From the NCBI GenBank assembly GCA_037443205.1, contig JBBIOU010000003.1:71309-135308 (forward strand): a stretch of DNA of 64,000 bases, written 5' to 3'. Numbering within the stretch: the stretch's first letter is position 1; every line of letters begins with the position of its first letter. The position numbers and the translations under genes are program-made. The DNA is from Flavobacteriales bacterium. Its GTDB lineage: Bacteria > Bacteroidota > Bacteroidia > Flavobacteriales_D > UBA2798. The notes beneath the pieces are model-generated. The model had not been told where the DNA came from and made no database searches. It saw only the letters and a program-made list of their open reading frames with translations. This document shows, piece after piece, positions 58,399 through 64,000 of the stretch.

Positions 58399-58814
58399 GC
58401 TTGGCTTATAATTATTGTCCTACTGTTATCGCTGTTGACTTCAATGCGCACCCTTACGAAATTTTCGGGCAAAAGGTTATCTATTTTTTCAGGCCATTCT
58501 ATAAAGCAATAGTGGTTACTGTATAAATAATCTTCCAGACCTATATCTATGGCCTCTTGCTGATGCCTGATGCGATAAAAATCAAAATGATAAATCTTGC
58601 GATTATCTTTACAAAGATATTCGTTTACAATAGAAAAAGAAGGACTGGAAGTGGGCGTAGCAACATTTAATTGATTACATAGCGCTTTAATTAGGGTAGT
58701 TTTACCGGCTCCCATCTGCCCATAAAATGCAAAAACACGCGCATTTTCCTTATAATTTAAAATAGCCGGACTTATTTGTGTAAAATTTTCTATACCTTGT
58801 AAATGTATTTGCAC
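58395..58814 (-). CDS. tsaE: tRNA t6A37 biosynthesis ATPase TsaE
   Basis: P-loop ..GQMGAGKTTLIKAL.. is present. The ORF track extends to a TTG at 58901, but a TACTTTTG box at 58826-58819 lies inside that extension. The GTG at 58814 gives a typical 139-aa TsaE. Confidence 0.8.
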   Translation of the reverse strand: MQIHLQGIENFTQISPAILNYKENARVFAFYGQMGAGKTTLIKALCNQLNVATPTSSPSFSIVNEYLCKDNRKIYHFDFYRIRHQQEAIDIGLEDYLYSNHYCFIEWPEKIDNLLPENFVRVRIEVNSDNSRTIIISQA

Positions 58815-58818
58815 TTTA

Positions 58819-58826
58819 CAAAAGTA
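58819..58826 (-). promoter_or_regulatory. -7 promoter box TACTTTTG placed 4 nt before the GTG at 58814 (predicted leaderless tsaE mRNA)
   Basis: Minus strand reads TACTTTTG-taaa-GTG. Confidence 0.45.
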
Positions 58827-58867
58827 AACCGAAAAAATTATTTTTTTTTGCAGAATAAAAAAATTAG

Positions 58868-58875
58868 TATATTTG
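58868..58875 (+). promoter_or_regulatory. -7 promoter box TATATTTG for rimP-nusA-infB
   Basis: Lies 61 nt upstream of the rimP ATG. A TTG sits 17 nt further upstream. Confidence 0.5.
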
Positions 58876-58899
58876 CAGTCAGAAATATGAAAAACAGAC

Positions 58900-58930
58900 A
58901 AGAGGGGACATAAGTCCCCTCTTTGTTTTA
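58900..58930 (+). promoter_or_regulatory. terminator-like leader hairpin (candidate attenuator) upstream of rimP
   Basis: AGAGGGGAC-ataa-GTCCCCTCT followed by TTGTTTTA, located between the promoter box and the rimP ATG. Confidence 0.5.
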
Positions 58931-58936
58931 AACATT

Positions 58937-59404
58937 ATGATTGAAAAAAGCACCATAGAAAAACTGGCCCTTGAAGCTATACAAGGCACTGATGCATTTT
59001 TGGTAGAAGTAAGCGTTGGAGCAGGGAATAAAATTACCATTGATGCCGATACTCCCGGGGGAATAACCATTGAACAATGTGCTAAAATTAGCCGCTATAT
59101 CGAATCTAAACTCGATCGCGAAAAAGAAGATTTTTCGCTTACGGTTTCTTCGCCCGGTATGGGCCGGCCCTTAAGGGTAGAAAAACAATTTTTGAAATAC
59201 CTGGGCCGAAAAGTGGAAGTGCTTACAACTGACGGAAAAAAAACAGAAGGAGTTTTGAAAGCCTATACAGGCACTACTTTAGAACTTGAAACCACAAATT
59301 TTGAAAGACCCGCGCCCAAAAAACCAAAGCAAAAAGTGATAAAACTCCTTAATTTACCTCTAAACCACATTAAAGAAACAAAACTCATAATTACTTTTAA
59401 ATAA
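58937..59404 (+). CDS. rimP: ribosome maturation factor RimP
   Basis: 155 aa. It holds the conserved position upstream of nusA and shows ..SSPGMGRPL... Confidence 0.9.
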   Translation: MIEKSTIEKLALEAIQGTDAFLVEVSVGAGNKITIDADTPGGITIEQCAKISRYIESKLDREKEDFSLTVSSPGMGRPLRVEKQFLKYLGRKVEVLTTDGKKTEGVLKAYTGTTLELETTNFERPAPKKPKQKVIKLLNLPLNHIKETKLIITFK

Positions 59405-59412
59405 CAAATGCT

Positions 59413-60648
59413 ATGAATACCTTAAATCTGATTGAATCATTTTCGGAATTTAAAGAATTTAAAAACATTGACAGGCATACCATGATGAGTATCCTGGAAG
59501 ATGTGTTCCGTACTATGCTTAGAAAAAAATACGGCACAGATGAACACATAGACATCATTCTAAATGTGGATAAAGGAGATTTGGAAATATGGCGAAACCG
59601 CGAAATAGTACGCGATGAAGAGGTAGAAAACGAAGCCACGCAAATTGCCTATAGCGAAGCCATTAAAATAGAGCCCGATTTTGAAATTGGGGAAGAAGTA
59701 TCGGAGCAGATTTTTATAGATGACTTTGGCCGCAGAAATATTTTATCGTTACGGCAAAACCTGGCATCGAGAGTACTCGAACTGGAAAAAGACAATGTAT
59801 ATAAAAAATACAAAGAACGCGTAGGCGAAATAGTTACAGGCGAAGTCTATCAAATCTGGAAGAAAGAAATACTGGTGTTGGATGACGAAAGCAACGAATT
59901 AATATTACCCAAATCAGAACAAATACCCAGCGATTATTTTAAAAAAGGAGACAGTATTCGTGCCGTTGTTATAAAAGTAGATATGCGCAACGGAAGTCCG
60001 GTAGTAGTACTATCACGTACATCACCGGTATTTCTCGAAAGATTATTTGAGCTGGAAGTACCCGAAATTTTTGATGGCTTGATAACCATCAAAAAAATAG
60101 TTCGCGAGCCCGGAGAAAGAGCCAAAGTTGCTGTAGAAAGTTATGACGACCGTATAGACCCCGTTGGTGCCTGTGTTGGTATGAAAGGCTCACGCATACA
60201 TGGTATAGTAAGAGAATTACGCAACGAAAATATAGATGTTATTAATTATACTACCAATGCACAACTATTGATACAGCGCGCATTAAGTCCCGCAAAAATA
60301 AGCTCGGTAGTATTGGATGATGAAAACAAAAAAGCCGAAGTTTACTTAAAACCCGATCAGGTATCACTGGCCATAGGCAAAGGAGGTCATAACATTAAAC
60401 TGGCGGGCAAACTTACCGGCTATGAAATTGATGTATACCGCGAAGATGCTGATGAAATTGATGATGTAGACTTAAACGAATTCTCTGACGAAATTGAACA
60501 GTGGATCATTGATGAGCTTAAAAATATTGGCTGTGATACCGCCCGAAGCGTTTTAAATCTTAGCATAGAAGATTTAGTAAAACGCACCGATCTGGAAGAA
60601 GAAACCATCAAAGAAGTAGTTAAAATTTTAAAATCAGAATTCGAATAA
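59413..60648 (+). CDS. nusA: transcription termination/antitermination factor NusA
   Basis: Has N-terminal, S1, KH1 and KH2 domains (..[10 protein letters not shown].., ..[13 protein letters not shown]..). 411 aa. Confidence 0.95.
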   Translation: MNTLNLIESFSEFKEFKNIDRHTMMSILEDVFRTMLRKKYGTDEHIDIILNVDKGDLEIWRNREIVRDEEVENEATQIAYSEAIKIEPDFEIGEEVSEQIFIDDFGRRNILSLRQNLASRVLELEKDNVYKKYKERVGEIVTGEVYQIWKKEILVLDDESNELILPKSEQIPSDYFKKGDSIRAVVIKVDMRNGSPVVVLSRTSPVFLERLFELEVPEIFDGLITIKKIVREPGERAKVAVESYDDRIDPVGACVGMKGSRIHGIVRELRNENIDVINYTTNAQLLIQRALSPAKISSVVLDDENKKAEVYLKPDQVSLAIGKGGHNIKLAGKLTGYEIDVYREDADEIDDVDLNEFSDEIEQWIIDELKNIGCDTARSVLNLSIEDLVKRTDLEEETIKEVVKILKSEFE

Positions 60649-60655
60649 TAAAAGC

Positions 60656-60663
60656 TAAATTTG
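60656..60663 (+). promoter_or_regulatory. possible internal -7 box TAAATTTG between nusA and infB
   Basis: Lies 29 nt upstream of the infB ATG. It could be a chance match. Confidence 0.25.
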
Positions 60664-60692
60664 CAAAAACCTTTAATAAAGGCAAAAAAAAC

Positions 60693-63359
60693 ATGGCAGA
60701 ACAAAAAACATTAAGGCTTAATAAAGTTGCCCGCGAATTAAACGTTGGTATATCTACCATTGTTGAATTTTTAAACAGCAAAGGCCACAAAATTGAAGCT
60801 AACCCTAATGCCAAAATAGACGAAAACCTTTATGAGGTTCTTTGTGATGAATTTCAGGCCGAGAAAAAAGACAAAGAAAAATCTAAAAAAACTGCCATTA
60901 CCCGCGAAAAAAGAGAAACCGTTACCTTAGACAGCACCAAAAGAGATAAGAAAGATAAACCTGATATTGAGCAAGAAGAAGAAATTCTTATTAAAAACGT
61001 ACAGGCAAGCCCCGAAATAATTAAACCTAAGGTTCAGGCAGATGTTAAAGTTTCGGTTGTAGGTAAAATTGATTTAGAATCTCTGAAAAAAAACAAAAAT
61101 AAAGATAAAACCGAAGCCGAAAGTAAACCCGAAATTAACCTCGAAAAAGAAGAAACTACACAAGAACCATCGGTTGAAGATAAACCTAACGAAGAAACAG
61201 AATCACCGGCTGAAATAGAAACCATTAAAGCCGAAGTAGAAAAACTTAGCGGGCCCAAAGTACTAGGTAAAATAAATTTACCGATAGAAAAAGAAATCAA
61301 AAAACCCGATGTTTCATCCAACGAAGATAAAAAAAGAAAACGTAAACGTATTAAAAAAGTTGATGTAGAAAAAGCAGCCAAAGAAACACCCGTACCGCAA
61401 GGAAAGAAAGATTTTCACAAACACAAAAAACAACAACCGAAGGTAGAAAAAGCAGAAGTTTCGCAAGAAGAAATACAACGCGAAATACGCGAAACACTTG
61501 CCAAGCTAAGCGGACAAGGAAAATCAAAATCATCTAAACTGCGCAGAGAAAAACGCGAATTGATGAGCCAGCGCAGGGAAGAAGAAATACAACGCAAAAT
61601 CGAAGTAGAAAAAGTATTAAAGCTTACAGAATTTGTTACGGTTTCTGATTTGGCAAAAATGATGAATGTTCAACCTACCCAGGTTATCAGTGCCTGCATG
61701 AGTTTAGGAATTTTTGCCTCCATCAATCAACGATTGGATGCAGAAACCATTACCATCGTTGCCGAAGAATTTGGCTTTACCGTGCAGTTTGTTACAGCCG
61801 ATATACAAGAAACTATTCAGGAGGAAGAAGATAAAGAAACAGATTTGGTACCACGCCCGCCTATAGTAACTGTTATGGGGCACGTTGACCACGGTAAAAC
61901 CTCTTTACTGGATTATATTCGAAAATCTAACGTAATTGCCGGTGAAGCCGGAGGTATAACCCAACATATAGGTGCATACGGAGTAGAACTTGAAAACGGC
62001 AAAAAAATAACCTTTTTAGATACTCCCGGACACGAGGCATTTACTGCCATGCGCGCACGCGGAGCCAAAGTAACCGATGTGGCCATAATAGTTATTGCAG
62101 CAGACGATAGCGTAATGCCCCAAACCAAAGAAGCCATCAGCCATGCCCAGGCAGCCGGTGTGCCCATGGTGTTTGCCATTAACAAAATTGATAAACCCGA
62201 TGCCAAACCCGATAAAATTCGCGAAGATTTGGCCAACATGAATATTTTGGTTGAAGAATGGGGAGGAAAATACCAGTGCCATGAAATATCAGCCAAAAAA
62301 GGGATAGGCGTTAATGAATTGTTAGACAAAGTATTGCTCGAAGCCGAAATATTAGACCTGAAAGCCAATCCCAACAGAAAAGCAAAAGGAACCGTTATAG
62401 AATCAATGCTGGATAAAGGAAGAGGGTTTGTTGCAACCGTACTGGTATCTACCGGTACACTAAAAATAGGCGATGTATTATTGGCCGGTGCATACAGCGG
62501 CAAAGTAAAAGCCATGTTTAACGAACGTGGTCAACCGGTTGAAGCCGCTGGTCCTTCTACTCCGGTATCAATTCTTGGTTTAGATGGCGCTCCCAACGCA
62601 GGCGATATTTTTAACGTGATGGATGATGAACGCGAAGCGCGCAACATTGCTACCCGCAGGTTACAACTTATCCGCGAACAAGGCATGAGAACCAATAAAC
62701 ACATCACCTTAGACGAAATTGGCCGAAGATTAGCCATCGGAGATTTTAAAGAATTAAATTTAATTGTTAAAGGAGATGTTGACGGTTCGGTAGAAGCGCT
62801 TTGCGACTCACTGCTAAAACTTTCTACCGATAGAATTTCAGTACGTATTGTACATAAAGGAGTTGGAGCCATATCCGAATCGGATGTATTATTAGCCTCT
62901 GCCTCTGATGCAATAATTGTTGGTTTTCAGGTAAGACCAACCAGCGGGGCGCGCAAACTGGCCGAAACTGAAGAGATAGACATACGCATGTATTCGATTA
63001 TTTACAAAGCCATAGAAGAAATTAAAGACGCTATGGAAGGTATGTTATCTCCCGAAGTTCAGGAAAAAATTACGGGTACAGCTGAAATCAGGCAAATTTT
63101 TAAAGTTTCAAAAGTTGGAACTGTTGCCGGATGCTTTGTAATGGACGGAAAAATATTCCGAACATCACAAGTGCGTGTGATACGTGATGGTATTGTTATA
63201 TACACCGGTAAGCTCGGCTCTCTTAAACATTATAAAGATGATGTTAAAGAAATGAGCAGAGGACAGGAATGTGGTTTAAACATTGATAAATTTAATGACA
63301 TAAAAGTAGGTGATATTATAGAAGCTTTTGAAGAAGTAGAAGTAAAAAGAACACTTTGA
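60693..63359 (+). CDS. infB: translation initiation factor IF-2
   Basis: An IF2_N domain and a K/E-rich linker precede the GTPase motifs ([21 protein letters not shown]) and the C-terminal domains. 888 aa. Confidence 0.95.
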   Translation: MAEQKTLRLNKVARELNVGISTIVEFLNSKGHKIEANPNAKIDENLYEVLCDEFQAEKKDKEKSKKTAITREKRETVTLDSTKRDKKDKPDIEQEEEILIKNVQASPEIIKPKVQADVKVSVVGKIDLESLKKNKNKDKTEAESKPEINLEKEETTQEPSVEDKPNEETESPAEIETIKAEVEKLSGPKVLGKINLPIEKEIKKPDVSSNEDKKRKRKRIKKVDVEKAAKETPVPQGKKDFHKHKKQQPKVEKAEVSQEEIQREIRETLAKLSGQGKSKSSKLRREKRELMSQRREEEIQRKIEVEKVLKLTEFVTVSDLAKMMNVQPTQVISACMSLGIFASINQRLDAETITIVAEEFGFTVQFVTADIQETIQEEEDKETDLVPRPPIVTVMGHVDHGKTSLLDYIRKSNVIAGEAGGITQHIGAYGVELENGKKITFLDTPGHEAFTAMRARGAKVTDVAIIVIAADDSVMPQTKEAISHAQAAGVPMVFAINKIDKPDAKPDKIREDLANMNILVEEWGGKYQCHEISAKKGIGVNELLDKVLLEAEILDLKANPNRKAKGTVIESMLDKGRGFVATVLVSTGTLKIGDVLLAGAYSGKVKAMFNERGQPVEAAGPSTPVSILGLDGAPNAGDIFNVMDDEREARNIATRRLQLIREQGMRTNKHITLDEIGRRLAIGDFKELNLIVKGDVDGSVEALCDSLLKLSTDRISVRIVHKGVGAISESDVLLASASDAIIVGFQVRPTSGARKLAETEEIDIRMYSIIYKAIEEIKDAMEGMLSPEVQEKITGTAEIRQIFKVSKVGTVAGCFVMDGKIFRTSQVRVIRDGIVIYTGKLGSLKHYKDDVKEMSRGQECGLNIDKFNDIKVGDIIEAFEEVEVKRTL

Positions 63360-63457
63360 TTTAAACAAAGTTTACTTTTTAAATACCCCGTTATATCTAT
63401 ACCGACACTACATATAAACCGTTTTATCATGCCATAATTCCCGATACATCCTTTTTA

Positions 63458-64000
63458 TGGCAAATAAAAAAAACCGGTGATGATTGGCTGAATTATATCG
63501 AAGAAAAATTACCACAAAAACATCATACATATTATATCCCACGGAATAAAAGTTATGATACATATGTACTCTCCCTGTCATTTTTAATAATTATCATACT
63601 GGCGTCTATCCGAACGGCATACTACAGCCAATTGCAAAACCTGTTTAAGTTATTTGTTGATTTTAGAGTGCTAAAACCCGCATTAAGAGAAAGCCAGATT
63701 ATTACCGGGCCCGTGCTTCCGGCAATGGTATTAACATATGCCCTGAATACGGCTATAATTTTACACTATGTTAATCAGCACCCCGACTATCGCTTTATGG
63801 TAACAGGTTATGCCTGGTGGGTTGAGGTTTTATTATTTACAGGCGCCATTATCACGGCTTTGCTCTTAAAATTATTAACCATCATCATCATTGAATTTAT
63901 TATTGGCCAGGAATGGGGTCAACGACAATACAGGCGCGAAATAATAAAAAACTATGCGGTACAAGGCCTATTGTTAACTCCTTTAACCATTGCGGCATGC
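63458..64000 (+). CDS. partial CDS: polytopic membrane protein (DUF4271-like, from memory); start unresolved, continues past window end
   Basis: The frame is open from 63383 to the window end and encodes ..TGDDWLNYIEEKL..LSLSFLIIIILASIR.. plus further TM segments. It has no in-frame ATG/GTG/TTG before 63632. An out-of-frame ATG at 63457 is separated from it by an A8 run. Confidence 0.5.

Noticed and set aside
61913-62515. 200-aa minus-strand ORF, plus several shorter ones, antisense to infB
   Set aside because: It lies entirely inside the highly conserved IF-2 GTPase coding region. The antisense frame is open only because of the codon composition of infB.
1-64000. Scan for tRNA, rRNA, CRISPR arrays, transposases, integrases, reverse transcriptases and toxin-antitoxin pairs
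   Set aside because: No cloverleaf-like or rRNA-like sequence appears in any intergenic gap. There are no short direct repeats with regular spacers. No ORF has recognisable transposase, integrase or RT motifs. The only dispersed repeats are the mosaic intergenic elements reported above.

Overview
This is an AT-rich 64-kb chromosomal segment that reads as core genome of a Bacteroidota bacterium (Flavobacteriia/Cytophagia-like). The lineage call rests on T9SS type A and type B C-terminal sorting domains, SprB-type repeats, a TonB-dependent receptor, and TAnnTTTG (-7) promoter boxes in front of many genes. About 62 protein-coding genes are supported. They include a cytochrome c oxidase accessory block (cyoE, two subunit III genes, subunit IV, two SCO paralogs, DUF420), lnt next to a GT2/GT-C glycosyltransferase pair, and an arsR-acr3 arsenic cluster. 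Also present are rnr, cysS, dprA, purT, fabH, tsaC/tsaE and the rimP-nusA-infB operon. I found no rRNA, tRNA, CRISPR array, transposase, integrase, reverse transcriptase or recognisable defence island, so I cannot point to a clear novel multi-gene system. The observations worth a second look are mostly non-coding or architectural. (1) A mosaic multi-hairpin intergenic repeat family has 3 clear and 2 degenerate copies. (2) Four genes have a perfect -7 promoter box exactly 4 nt upstream of the start codon, which predicts leaderless mRNAs. (3) A strong terminator lies about 200 nt past any gene and has an anti-SD-like CCUCCUC x2 loop, so it is a candidate sRNA. (4) The ars cluster lacks arsC but has a translationally coupled metallophosphoesterase, and two of its proteins have Cys-Cys C-termini. 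(5) A signal-peptide-bearing polybasic repeat protein sits inside a four-gene overlapping operon. (6) A terminator-like hairpin lies in the rimP-nusA-infB leader. (7) A translation-initiation region is duplicated with an 11-codon uORF. (8) An A8 tract breaks the only ATG start of the last gene. All coordinates of non-ORF features were counted by eye and may be off by 1-2 nt.
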